This document shows positions 48,875-59,228 of a stretch of 64,000 nucleotides of DNA, one piece after another. Origin of the DNA: Porphyridium purpureum (Eukaryota); NCBI GenBank assembly GCA_008690995.1, contig VRMN01000006.1:558001-622000 (forward strand). The letters run 5' to 3'. Position numbers and translations under genes: made by a program. Below the pieces are notes generated by a model, which searched no databases, was not told where the DNA came from, and saw only the letters and a program-made list of their open reading frames with translations. Numbering within the stretch: the stretch's first letter is position 1; each line of letters begins with the position of its first letter.

Positions 48875-50464
48875 ATGGTTTTCGCGGGCTTTGTGGAGGG
48901 ATTCTCTGATGGTTTGGCACGTTGTTGTCGGCACCAGCAGCAGCTACTCCCCGGGGCAGGACATGGGTGTCAAGATGTAAACACACTGCCACAGTTGTCG
49001 TTGCGGCGTCGGTCACGGTGTCGATCTCAGTCGAGGTTATGGATGGCATCTCCACACTCGGGTCTGAACTTGCCTCCCGGTGACAAGGGTCTTCCGCTGC
49101 TTGGCGATTTTCTGAGCTTTACAAGAGGCGGCGCCGCCGGCTTTGAGGGCAAGTTTGAAAAGTACAAGTCCGACGTAGTGACGTCGCGGATTCTCACCAT
49201 CGACACAGTGCTCGTGAAAGGGTTTGACCAGATTCGTCCGATTCTGGAGAGTCCCATGGAACCGGCATGGCCAGGCACAGTGGATGAACTCCTGAAAGGC
49301 AGCATGCCTACGATCAAGGGCGAGCCGCACAAGGCGCGCAGAGAAATCATTTCGCGCATTGCCTTCAGCCGCGAACGCCTGTTGAGCTATGCGCCATTTT
49401 TACAGGCAAACGTGCAGCAGCTGATTGCCAACATTGAGGCGCGCACGGCGTCCAGCGCTCAGACATATGCTCGTTTCAGGGACGAGATTGAGGTCATGGC
49501 GTTCAACGCGGCTGCAGTGCTGTTTCTGGGCGCGGAAGACGTCTACTGCGGGGCGGGTTCTGGACAAAAGGGGGACGGCTTAGACATCGACGAGCGTCTA
49601 GCACAATTTCAAAGATTCGAAGGCGGTCTGTTTACAATCCCGCTCAAGCTGCCGTTCCTGCAAACCCCATGGTCCGAGGCACTGGATGCCAAAGCAGCGT
49701 TGTTGGCGTTCACGCGCCGTGCGGTGGAGAAGCGTATCGAGGCGAAGCAGCAATCAGGCCCCCTGCCCACGATCACAATCATGGACCACCTGGTCGACAT
49801 GCACCTGGAAGGCGATGGCGTGCTCACCAAAGATATTGTCATATCGGAGCTTTTGACGCTGGTGTGGGCAGGCCATTCAACGATCCTTTCGTTCATGCAG
49901 AGCATGGTGTACGAACTCTTCATGGGCGGCACGCACGACGTTGTGCGCAGGATTCGAGCCTCGGCCGAGTACCGCGCGGCTTTGGAGAGCGATGAGGCAT
50001 GGTCTCACTACCTGAAATTGATCATCAAGCCGGACTTGGTAAATGATACCTTGCTCGAGATCGAGCGTCTGCGCCCTCCCGTCCAGAGCGTGTTTCGTAA
50101 GCCACCGCCGGGTGGGATGCAGGTCGGGGCTTACCACATCCCTGAGGGCTGGACCGTACTGCTTTCCATCTTCTCGACGCATCGCGACCCGGTGTATTTC
50201 CCGGAGCCACTCGCGTTCCGACCGGAGCGATTTGCCGAGTCGCCCGAGCTCCGTAAAATCCTGCTCGGATTTTCAGGCGGGGCCCGAGTGTGCATTGGAA
50301 AGTACTACGCGGAGCTGTTTTGTCGAATCTTTCTGCTCACATTCCTTCGGCATGGTGACGTTGTCATGGACCCGGCACAGTCGCGGGAATTTTCAGTGCT
50401 TCCTGGGTATTCGCCCAAGGATGGCGTTCTCGGCCGATTTCAAAAATTGGCTTTGAGCGAGTAG
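48875..50464 (+). CDS. Cytochrome P450, probably plastid-targeted (CYP120/clan 85-like)
   Basis: Transit-peptide-like N-terminus without a signal anchor; LPPG..GLPLLG, AGHST (I-helix), EIERL.PP (ExxR), FRPERF, FSGGARVCIG (heme Cys). Confidence 0.93.
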   Translation: MVFAGFVEGFSDGLARCCRHQQQLLPGAGHGCQDVNTLPQLSLRRRSRCRSQSRLWMASPHSGLNLPPGDKGLPLLGDFLSFTRGGAAGFEGKFEKYKSDVVTSRILTIDTVLVKGFDQIRPILESPMEPAWPGTVDELLKGSMPTIKGEPHKARREIISRIAFSRERLLSYAPFLQANVQQLIANIEARTASSAQTYARFRDEIEVMAFNAAAVLFLGAEDVYCGAGSGQKGDGLDIDERLAQFQRFEGGLFTIPLKLPFLQTPWSEALDAKAALLAFTRRAVEKRIEAKQQSGPLPTITIMDHLVDMHLEGDGVLTKDIVISELLTLVWAGHSTILSFMQSMVYELFMGGTHDVVRRIRASAEYRAALESDEAWSHYLKLIIKPDLVNDTLLEIERLRPPVQSVFRKPPPGGMQVGAYHIPEGWTVLLSIFSTHRDPVYFPEPLAFRPERFAESPELRKILLGFSGGARVCIGKYYAELFCRIFLLTFLRHGDVVMDPAQSREFSVLPGYSPKDGVLGRFQKLALSE

Positions 50465-50578
50465 CGTCCCACTTTTGTCCGGCGCACGTTGCTTTGTTCC
50501 CACAAGCACCTTAAGGTCGGCCCATGCATGAGCAATCCAGTTTATAAGCCTACATGAAGTCGATATTTGAAGGAAAAA

Positions 50579-51823
50579 TTAAATGTTCCTGTTCCATTCC
50601 CAGCCTGCCTTTTTCACATCGGCCGCCGGTGGCTCGGTCGCACCGTCTGGTGACTTGGCGCCGAACCTCATGGTGGGCACAGAAGGCTCCGCTGGTGCCG
50701 CAGGCGGCGGCAGAGCCGCAAGCGCCTCCAGCTGCTGGTCCACCGTGGTAATCATGTCCTGCAAGTCGCCGTTGATCGTCGTCGCCATCGCCTCCAACGG
50801 AAGGTCGATACCCGGCGCGGACGGGTGCTTGATGAACGGATCCTCGATCAAGTGCCCAATCTCCTCAATCGAAAACAGCGCAAACGAGACAAACGCCATG
50901 ATCGGCATCACCAGCCAGTCGTCCGCCTTGACAAAAATGAACGGCAGCGTCAGGCACCACAGCGACAGGAACCGGCTGGTGTGGCGCGAGTACGCCTCGG
51001 GCACGGGCGTCTTGACGATGCGCTCGCACATGCCCATGTAATCCACCAGGTCGTTGATACCGCGCTCCATGGTCTCGCGCTCGGCGTTGGTGTTTCCGTC
51101 GCGCTCCTCGCGGGCCGCGTACGCCTGCGCAATGTAGCGCGACTGGAGGCGGCACACCAGCAGCGGACGGTTGCGCGCCACAATGTACTCTTGCCAGTTT
51201 TGCTTTGGGATGAGCTTCTCCAGCGCCGCATTGGGCTCGAGCTCGCCACGCAAGTGGTTTGCCAGACTGATGGGGAACGCCTGGTCGAGTTTGATCAAGA
51301 TTTTGGAGACTTCTGGGTTTGGCGAGTCGTTGATGGGGCCGAGATAGTTCATGTAGTTGACGCCAAGCGAGCGCGTGCGGTTGACAATGCCTCCCCAGAT
51401 TTTTCGGCCCTCCCAGAATCGGTCGTACGCCGAGTTTGTCCTGAACACCAGCAGCAAGCCCATGACGGTACCCAGCACCGTGTGCGGGAGCGGGCTGATG
51501 CTCCAGATGTCAACCTTCGGGTACTGCTCATACAGAAAAAACACGAAGCCCGCGAAAATCACATTCGCGACAATGTGCGAGCGGATGCGACGCAGAATCG
51601 AGCTTTTCGGGATTGTTGTCAACGACTTGATCCAGTCCGTGCTCTTGTACCTCTCTGGGCGCGTGATAGCCATACTAAGCGCGCTCGGGCGCCTCACGCG
51701 TCGCGGCACCGCGAGTACCAGGCGGGCGCCATTCTTCAGCAACCCTGAGCTGCTGGACGTGAGATGAGCGCGCGGCCGCGCCGCAGCACCCGCGCTCCCG
51801 ACAAACGCCGCGTATCCCGCCAT
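50579..51823 (-). CDS. Plastid bestrophin-like anion channel, twin A
   Basis: MAGYAAFV transit peptide and all family motifs. Confidence 0.93.
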   Translation of the reverse strand: MAGYAAFVGSAGAAARPRAHLTSSSSGLLKNGARLVLAVPRRVRRPSALSMAITRPERYKSTDWIKSLTTIPKSSILRRIRSHIVANVIFAGFVFFLYEQYPKVDIWSISPLPHTVLGTVMGLLLVFRTNSAYDRFWEGRKIWGGIVNRTRSLGVNYMNYLGPINDSPNPEVSKILIKLDQAFPISLANHLRGELEPNAALEKLIPKQNWQEYIVARNRPLLVCRLQSRYIAQAYAAREERDGNTNAERETMERGINDLVDYMGMCERIVKTPVPEAYSRHTSRFLSLWCLTLPFIFVKADDWLVMPIMAFVSFALFSIEEIGHLIEDPFIKHPSAPGIDLPLEAMATTINGDLQDMITTVDQQLEALAALPPPAAPAEPSVPTMRFGAKSPDGATEPPAADVKKAGWEWNRNI

Positions 51824-52151
51824 CTGCGATGCTTCCTATTTCCGTGCGGCGTTTTCCCCCACCCACCCACACACAGAGAGACACCGTTGTCTCTACCACC
51901 TTTCTCGTTCTCTCTCTTTCTCTTCCTCTTTCTCTCTCTCTCACCAACGTGCTACTCGCGCAATCTCCGCAAAACGCTCGAAGATGTTTATATCAAAACA
52001 AACCCATTCTATTAGTAACTTGTCCGCGCGCGTCAGCAGGTGGTCATGGCATGTGCGGTGGATGGACAAGGTTGGTGTGGATGGGGGAAGGAGGTCTGAG
52101 TGTTTATACAGCAGAGAAGAAGGCATTCGCAGTGTCCACCATGCGCGGCAG

Positions 52152-53393
52152 TTAAATATTTCGGTTCGTGTTCCAGCCGGCCGACTTGACGCTGGCGATT
52201 GGCGGTGGCAGGGTCGCGTCGGCGGGCGACTTGGCGCCGAATTTCATGGTGGGCACAGAAGGCTCCGCCGGTGCCGCAGGCGGCGGCAGAGCCGCAAGCG
52301 CCTCCAGCTGCTGGTCCACCGTGGTAATCATGTCCTGCAAGTCGCCGTTGATCGTCGTCGCCATCGCCTCCAACGGAAGGTCGATGCCCGGCGCGTACGG
52401 GTGCTTGATGAACGGATCCTCAATCAAGTGCCCAATCTCCTCAATCGAAAACAGCGCAAACGAGACAAACGCCATGATCGGCATCACCAGCCAGTCGTCC
52501 GCCTTGACAAAGATGAAGGGCAGCGTCAGGCACCACAGCGACAGGAACCGGCTGGTGTGGCGCGAGTACGCCTCGGGCACGGGCGTCTTGACGATGCGCT
52601 CGCACATGCCCATATAGTCAATCAGGTCGTTGATACCGCGCTCCATAGTCTCGCGCTCGGCGTTGGTGTTTCCGTCGCGCTCCTCGCGGGTCGCGTACGC
52701 CTGCGCAATGTAGCGCGACTGGAGGCGGCACACCAGCAGCGGACGGTTGCGCGCCACAACGTACTCTTGCCAGTTTTGCTTTGGGATGAGCTTCTCCAGC
52801 GCCGCATTGGGCTCGAGCTCGCCACGCAAGTGATTTGCCAGACTGATGGGGAACGCCTGGTCGAGTTTGATCAAGATTTTGGAGACTTCTGGGTTTGGCG
52901 AGTCGTTGATGGGGCCGAGATAGTTCATGTAGTTGACGCCAAGCGAGCGCGTGCGGTTGACAATGCCTCCCCAGATTTTCCGGCCCTCCCAGAATCGGTC
53001 GTACGCCGAGTTTGTCCTGAACACGAGCAGCAAGCCCATGACGGTACCCAGCACCGTGTGCGGGAGCGGGCTGATACTCCAGATGTCAATGTTCGGGTAC
53101 ATCTCGTGCAACGCAAACACGATACCAGCAAACGCCACATTCGCCAGAATGTGTGACTGAATGCGGCGCAGGATCGAGCTCTTCGGGATCGTCGCGAGCG
53201 ACTTGATCCAGTCCGTGCTCTTGTACCTCTCTGGGCGCGTGATAGCCATACTAAGCGCGCTCTGGCGCCTCACGCGTCGCGGCGCCGCGACCACTGCGCC
53301 AGCCCCAATCACCAATGCCGAGCTCGTGGACGCCAGCTGCGCGCGCGCCGTTTGCGCGCGCAAGCCAGCTCCCGCACAACCTACAAAAGCCAT
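52152..53393 (-). CDS. Plastid bestrophin-like anion channel, twin B
   Basis: MAFV transit peptide; near-identical to 50579-51823 over the core. Confidence 0.93.
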   Translation of the reverse strand: MAFVGCAGAGLRAQTARAQLASTSSALVIGAGAVVAAPRRVRRQSALSMAITRPERYKSTDWIKSLATIPKSSILRRIQSHILANVAFAGIVFALHEMYPNIDIWSISPLPHTVLGTVMGLLLVFRTNSAYDRFWEGRKIWGGIVNRTRSLGVNYMNYLGPINDSPNPEVSKILIKLDQAFPISLANHLRGELEPNAALEKLIPKQNWQEYVVARNRPLLVCRLQSRYIAQAYATREERDGNTNAERETMERGINDLIDYMGMCERIVKTPVPEAYSRHTSRFLSLWCLTLPFIFVKADDWLVMPIMAFVSFALFSIEEIGHLIEDPFIKHPYAPGIDLPLEAMATTINGDLQDMITTVDQQLEALAALPPPAAPAEPSVPTMKFGAKSPADATLPPPIASVKSAGWNTNRNI

Positions 53394-53921
53394 TGCGTGC
53401 GTCTCCCGTTAAACAGCCTCTGTGTCCACCTCCGCCTGCTACACCTCTGTCGAGTGCCAGACCTCTACCGCCTGCATTCACTCGTCCTCTCTCTGTGTGT
53501 CTACCCGCTCATAAGTATCACCCCCTTCCCCACATCCGACCCAAGCAGGGTCCAATCCTCCCACACACATTCTACACCGCCAGTCTGTCGCACAAAGCTA
53601 CCCACACAGCGTACCACGCCGCTCCACAGCAGCACAGCGATCGAGATTACTCCATCCACACTCGCGCAGCCACGCAGCCACGCAATCCACGCCGCGCCCG
53701 AAAACGCACGCAGCACTCACTCACCTGCCACACAGCCTCCTCCAAATGCTCGCGCCATTCCATCCACCAGCGCACTAATTCACGCTCCACCAACACCCAC
53801 CCCAATGCAACCACCACCACCACCACCACCACCTCCCCCAATCTCCTCCACTTCCTCCTTCCCCCAATCTATACGCATTCCTTCCTGCATTCCTCTATTA
53901 AACCAGCCCTGTTTTACTATC

Positions 53922-54000
53922 AAAACCGTTTTTCGGCTCGTTCGGTTTTCCGGGTTTTCCGGGTTTTCCGCGTTTCCGGTTTCCGGTTTGTTGGTTGGTT
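53922..54000. repeat. Imperfect tandem (CGGGTTTTC / CGGTTTC) array in a divergent bestrophin promoter
   Basis: ttcggttttc cgggttttcc gggttttccg cgtttccggt ttccggtttg read directly. Confidence 0.75.
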
Positions 54001-54486
54001 TATTATTTTTTGAGGTGGTTTTGATATGAAACCGGTGCTGTAACACGCAGGCGATGATGGTTCGAGGGAGTTTGAGGGGTGAGAGAGCTTGCGACAAAGG
54101 CCTTTTGGGTTGTGGGTTGTGTGGATGGTTTGACTGTGGGGTGACGGGCAGTGTCTGGAAAGGGCGCTTGTTTCAGGCCACAAAAACCGCGCGGCTGTGC
54201 TTCTGCGTCGCTCGGCATTGGTCTGCTTGCCGCGCTCTGTCGCTCGGTCTGTGTCTTTGCGTCTCATGTGCACGGACGCACATCCACGCAGCGCGCGACA
54301 GTTTGAAGCGTCCGATTGGACCAACTTGCATTTGGTTATTTAAAGGTCGGGAGATTGAGTCATTTGAGAGAAAGCAGTGAGGTGGGTGGGGAGAGAGGGA
54401 GAGGGAGAGAGGAAGAGAGAGAGAAAGAGAGAGAGGTGAGTGAGTGGTTGGGAGGTGGAGAGGAGGGCTGCTTGGTGTGTGGAATC

Positions 54487-55659
54487 ATGTCGTGCGCAGC
54501 GTTTGTGGGAGCCGCGCTGCCTGTCAAGGGCAGCCACGGGTTTGCGGCGCAAGCCGGCACGCGAACGGACGCGCACAAGGTCGCCGTGGCCGCGCCGTTG
54601 GCGAGGCGCGTCCAGCGCGCGGCGGGCGCCGCGCACGCGCCGCTGCAGATGGCCATCACGCGGCCGGAGCGGTACTCGACCACAGACTGGATCAACTCGC
54701 TCGTCACCCTGCCAAAGTCGAGGATTCTCAGGCGCATCAGCTCGCACATCGTCGCCAACGTGGCCGTGTCCGGCCTCATTGTGGCGCTCTTCCAGCAGTA
54801 TCCAGACGCGCTGCTGTGGCGCGTCACGCCGCTGCCGCACACCGTGCTCGGTACCGTGATGGGTCTCATGCTCGTCTTCAGGACCAACTCGGCGTACGAC
54901 AGATTCTGGGAAGGCCGCAAGATCTGGGGTGGCATTGTCAACCGCACGCGCTCGCTCGCCGTCAACTTCCTCAACTTTGTGGGCCCCACCTCGGACGCCG
55001 CCGTCCCGGCCCTCTCGGCCAGGCTGATCAAGCTGGATCAGGCGTTCCCGCTGAGTCTCGCCGATCACCTGCGCGGCGAGCCGACACCGGCTGCGTCCAT
55101 CAAGGCGCTCATCCCTGAAGAGCACTGGGAGGAGTACCTGACTGCTCGAAACAGGCCTCTGCTGACGTGCAAGCTCATGTCGCGATATGTGGCGCAGGCC
55201 TACAGCATGCGCGACCTGCGCGACGGAAACACCAACGCCGAGCGTGAGACTATTGAGCGCGGTATCAACGACCTGATTGACTACATGGGCATGTGCGAGC
55301 GCATCGTCAAGACGCCCGTGCCGCTCAGCTACTCGCGCCACACCAGCCGATTCCTCTCGCTCTGGTGCCTGACCCTGCCGGTCATTTTCGTCAAGGCCGA
55401 CGACTGGCTGGTTCTGCCCATCATGTTCTTCGTGTCGTTCTCCCTGTTCTCGATCGAGGAAATCGGGCACCTGATTGAGGATCCGTTCATTAAGCACCCT
55501 GACGCGCCTGGCATTGACCTTCCGCTGGAGGCCATGGCCTCCACGATCAACGGTGACCTGCAAGATATGCTCGACAGCTTCCCGTCGTGGGCGAATGACC
55601 TGAAGCCCGAGGTCAGAGGCGCCATGGGTCGCCAGCTTGAGGCTGCGGGCAAGCAGTAA
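54487..55659 (+). CDS. Plastid bestrophin-like anion channel, inverted paralogue
   Basis: MSCAAFV transit peptide; FRTNSAYDRFWEGRK, CERIVKTPVP, IEEIGHLIEDPF. Confidence 0.93.
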   Translation: MSCAAFVGAALPVKGSHGFAAQAGTRTDAHKVAVAAPLARRVQRAAGAAHAPLQMAITRPERYSTTDWINSLVTLPKSRILRRISSHIVANVAVSGLIVALFQQYPDALLWRVTPLPHTVLGTVMGLMLVFRTNSAYDRFWEGRKIWGGIVNRTRSLAVNFLNFVGPTSDAAVPALSARLIKLDQAFPLSLADHLRGEPTPAASIKALIPEEHWEEYLTARNRPLLTCKLMSRYVAQAYSMRDLRDGNTNAERETIERGINDLIDYMGMCERIVKTPVPLSYSRHTSRFLSLWCLTLPVIFVKADDWLVLPIMFFVSFSLFSIEEIGHLIEDPFIKHPDAPGIDLPLEAMASTINGDLQDMLDSFPSWANDLKPEVRGAMGRQLEAAGKQ

Positions 55660-56183
55660 ATTCAGTATTAAGGTCCGAGCGAATTCTTTCAGCGAAAAGA
55701 ACGGTAAATGTGCATGATATCCAAGTTGACCTACGCTCTAGCCTTGAAGAGCCAAGATTTTTACTCTTGTGCACGAGGCATCTGTTGACACCGAAAAACG
55801 CAGAGCTCGGAATGGTTGAAAAGTGCGAATGCGAACAGCTTCTCTCGCATTTTGTCGCATCCCGCGGCTCGCTGCCGCCGTGGCCACTCCAAGTCAATTC
55901 ATACTTGCGTGTCAGAGCTGTCGCACGGCCGCTATCCAGTTGATGCATCCTGTACGCGCCAGCTCAATGCCTCAACCAGCAGCCTCGCCGCTGCTCTTCT
56001 CACCCGCACGCGCAACCTGCTCCGGAAAACATCCGAGGTACAGTTGGACGATATCACAAAACGCACCACATTTATTAGAGAGGGGACGCAAGTACAGTTG
56101 CTCGTGGCCTTCGGACTCGCGACGATGGCACGCAACCCGGACGTTGCCGAACGCGCCGCAAGGTTGGCGCACACCAACGGTTG

Positions 56184-57461
56184 ATGGCGCCGCCACCGCC
56201 GCGGCCGCGGCCGCCGTCGCGAGTGACACCGCGCCAAGCGCTACCAGGCATGCCCCGACAAACGATGGTATGGCCGGATGAACCGCAGCTACGGGCCTCG
56301 GCGCCGGCGGGCGCCCAGCCGGCTGGGGTGGCATTGGATGTGAATGCGCATTCTCACGCAAGAGAGTGGCATGCGCGCGGCGCGGGTGTTGTACAGCATC
56401 AGCAACAGCAGCAGCAAAATGTGCCGCTCGCGGTGGCATTGCAGGTGCCACCCTTTGCGTATCATCCGCGCGCGCACGTGATGATGCAGACGATGCCCAG
56501 CCGCGGAGACGCCGCTAGCGTCCAGCACATGTTGCAGGTGCAACAATTACAGGCACAGCAGCAGCTCTTGCTGGATCAAATACACGCGCTGCAGTGGCAG
56601 CAGCGGCAGCAGCAGCTGCAGCAGGGTCATCATCATGAAGTGGCCACGACCAACGCGCCTCCCGTTGGACCGGGCTCTCAGCAATCCGAATGCGGCGGCG
56701 CTCACGTGCACGCACGCGCACAACAGAACGAACGAAAAGATGTGCCAAGGAGTGCGTCCGTAACGCTGCATACAAGGCAGGCCAAAAATGGTGCTGCACA
56801 TCGAATCATTTCATCCAATTTGAAGCGGCGACACGTCGACGTGTCGACTGGGCGACATACGGCGAGCATACCAAGAAGGCGTCGTAACCAAAAGTACAAG
56901 GCAAAACTCAAGAATCGCGTGGCGCTTGGTCACAAAGGCTCGGCCGATAGGGAAACTCACTCCGAGGTCCCACCGGCATCCCGCACCAGCGGTGAGGAGG
57001 CCACGGTTCTTCAAACTCGAGAGGCTCGCGGGCTGGAAATGATGCAGTTTTTGGATGATGCAGAAAGAAAACAAGAAGAGCAGTCACGAGGTGCACGAAG
57101 CAGTTTGTCGCAGCCATTTGAACCACCTCGAGAAGATTCGGATGGCGCGCAAAGTAGCTGCTCACGTCTGGTTGAGTTGCCTGAAGAAGATGATGAGGGC
57201 ATTCAATCGGATGACATGAGCGGTCCTGTCGACCTCCGCGCAGGCGAGGCAGGCCTACGACTCTTGGTCGAAATGGCCTTCAACGATAAGCAGTCTTTAG
57301 ATCACCCTGCACCCAAGGCGTTCATCCCGCAGGTCGCAGACTCGGATGTAGAATCTGGGGAAATCCCTCTTTATACCAGCATTGGTTTTCATACGGTTGA
57401 CTTCAACTCGGACGCCGGCGCGCACAGCGAGTGCGGTAGCCAGCAGAGCGGGTACTTATAG
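56184..57461 (+). CDS. Hypothetical Q-rich low-complexity protein
   Basis: 425-aa ORF with poly-Q tracts and a basic PRRRRNQKYKAK cluster; no family recognised. Confidence 0.6.
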   Translation: MAPPPPRPRPPSRVTPRQALPGMPRQTMVWPDEPQLRASAPAGAQPAGVALDVNAHSHAREWHARGAGVVQHQQQQQQNVPLAVALQVPPFAYHPRAHVMMQTMPSRGDAASVQHMLQVQQLQAQQQLLLDQIHALQWQQRQQQLQQGHHHEVATTNAPPVGPGSQQSECGGAHVHARAQQNERKDVPRSASVTLHTRQAKNGAAHRIISSNLKRRHVDVSTGRHTASIPRRRRNQKYKAKLKNRVALGHKGSADRETHSEVPPASRTSGEEATVLQTREARGLEMMQFLDDAERKQEEQSRGARSSLSQPFEPPREDSDGAQSSCSRLVELPEEDDEGIQSDDMSGPVDLRAGEAGLRLLVEMAFNDKQSLDHPAPKAFIPQVADSDVESGEIPLYTSIGFHTVDFNSDAGAHSECGSQQSGYL

Positions 57462-57916
57462 TCAGTAGACCTGAGGCAGACGCCCCCCGCTTCAGATCTC
57501 ACCTTACCCGCCAAAAAAGGACAAGTACCGCATGCATCTGCGCTCTCATTGGGCTTACGTGACGCATGGAGAATGTCAGCATTCGCGAACGGCCTCGAGC
57601 GGTTGCAGCCAGTCCTACTGCAGACGCCATTCCCCAGACCCAAACTGCAAAAGTAAAGCCTCGGTGGTCATCGAGTCCTGGCGTCCGGCTGGTGATGTCA
57701 CAAATGAGCCAGGGGGAACAAAAGCATTCACGAGCATATGTGATTGGCCCCCGTGCAGACCGTCGAAGTAGCGCTCACGCAAAGTGACTCGCAGGACGCA
57801 CAAAATTCAGTGTCAAGGCACTTACTTTCCGCAGTTCGAGTCTCTGAGCACAAGCGCCAGATGATACGGCTGGCAGAAGAGCATGCAGGGGCGACAGAGC
57901 AGCGCACACCCGTGTT

Positions 57917-59176
57917 CTACTGCATAGACTCTGGCGACGCATGAGCCTCCGGTAACCACACGCGCTTGCCCAGGTGCACATCTAACGAGTTGTGCATCAC
58001 AATCGCACCGACGCCAGCCAGACATGAACGAAGCTTTGCACAAAATCGATACTTTTGCAACAAGCTACCAATCTCGTCTTGCTCTTCAGAGCACATGGAG
58101 ATTCCGTCAGTGCCGCTGCAACTGAGTCGCACAAGACAAGAGTCTATGCACGTGAGCACATACTCCATATCCTGCTCGTTCCATGCTTCAAGCTTGCTCA
58201 ACAAGGAAGCCAACGCTTGCACACGACTGGGTACGTGCGGCTCTTGCAGCATACCGCGGACAAGACACCGTGTGGCACAGCGCACGAGATTTGAAGCCAT
58301 GACAAACTCGTGCGGAAAGCTCAGACAGAGCTGCTCAATTGTTCGGGTCGCTTGCGCGACGATATCGTCATTTTCTCCAAAGAACTCCAGTAGGCGACAC
58401 AGACAGCTCGTACATTCATTTACGAGCGATTGTACTTCCAGCAGGCTTTCGTGTGACACGGCGTTCACAAAGATGAGATCAGATATGATGAGGGCTACAC
58501 GAAACGCGACTTGGCGGCCGCGCGTTCGTTGCAAAGCGGACGCGGCCTGATTCGAGCTGGAAGCTGCTACGTCAAGCAATCGAGAAAGGACACCCGCAGC
58601 CGCCTTGCTTGAGTCGGATACTCCACGCCGCATGAATAGGTGGCTGACATACGCTGGTTCTACCTGGCTTAAAGGCTGCTCGCGCTGAGTCATACCGACT
58701 ACAATATGTTGCAAAAGCGCAAGCGCCAATTCACACGTCATGCTTTCGCACTCTAAACATTGCGCCTTACTAGTGCATCCTTGCTGGTCATCCGCATCAG
58801 CGCTCCGTCGTTGTGTGCTGCACGCTGTGCGAGCGTCCACAAGCACTTGCAAGCACAATGCGCTTGCTTCAACATCATTCCGAAACCGCTCTTGCGCCAC
58901 ACCCAATGCGCTAAACAGGAGCAGGTAAGCGGCACGTCGCTCGGACACGCCGCGCTCGCATCGCAGGCTCTCCAGAGCCACGCGGTACGCTTCGGCCTGT
59001 TCGACGTAGCCCTGAGCAACGCCCATGCGCAACGCATCCAGCGCCAGAAGCCGCACCGCTGGCAACGATGTGCGGTACTGCCGCGCCAGTGCGGGCAGCA
59101 AATCGGGAGAAAGGTCCACGGACAGCGCGCGGCACAGCGCGCGCGCGCGCCGCAGACAAGGCTCACATCCTTCCAT
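57917..59176 (-). CDS. Hypothetical alpha-helical (ARM/HEAT-like) protein
   Basis: Leu/Ala/Cys-rich helical ORF; start taken at MEGCEPC, just after the stop of the upstream gene. Confidence 0.55.
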   Translation of the reverse strand: MEGCEPCLRRARALCRALSVDLSPDLLPALARQYRTSLPAVRLLALDALRMGVAQGYVEQAEAYRVALESLRCERGVSERRAAYLLLFSALGVAQERFRNDVEASALCLQVLVDARTACSTQRRSADADDQQGCTSKAQCLECESMTCELALALLQHIVVGMTQREQPLSQVEPAYVSHLFMRRGVSDSSKAAAGVLSRLLDVAASSSNQAASALQRTRGRQVAFRVALIISDLIFVNAVSHESLLEVQSLVNECTSCLCRLLEFFGENDDIVAQATRTIEQLCLSFPHEFVMASNLVRCATRCLVRGMLQEPHVPSRVQALASLLSKLEAWNEQDMEYVLTCIDSCLVRLSCSGTDGISMCSEEQDEIGSLLQKYRFCAKLRSCLAGVGAIVMHNSLDVHLGKRVWLPEAHASPESMQ

Positions 59177-59228
59177 CCGCACGTTGTTCGAGACTAGGGA
59201 CACATCGTATTTACATTCTTCATCAACG

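Noticed and set aside
50825..55563. Long antisense ORFs (307, 390 and 407 aa) that resemble each other
   Set aside because: Mirror frames of the duplicated bestrophin genes; their similarity follows from the sense-strand duplication.
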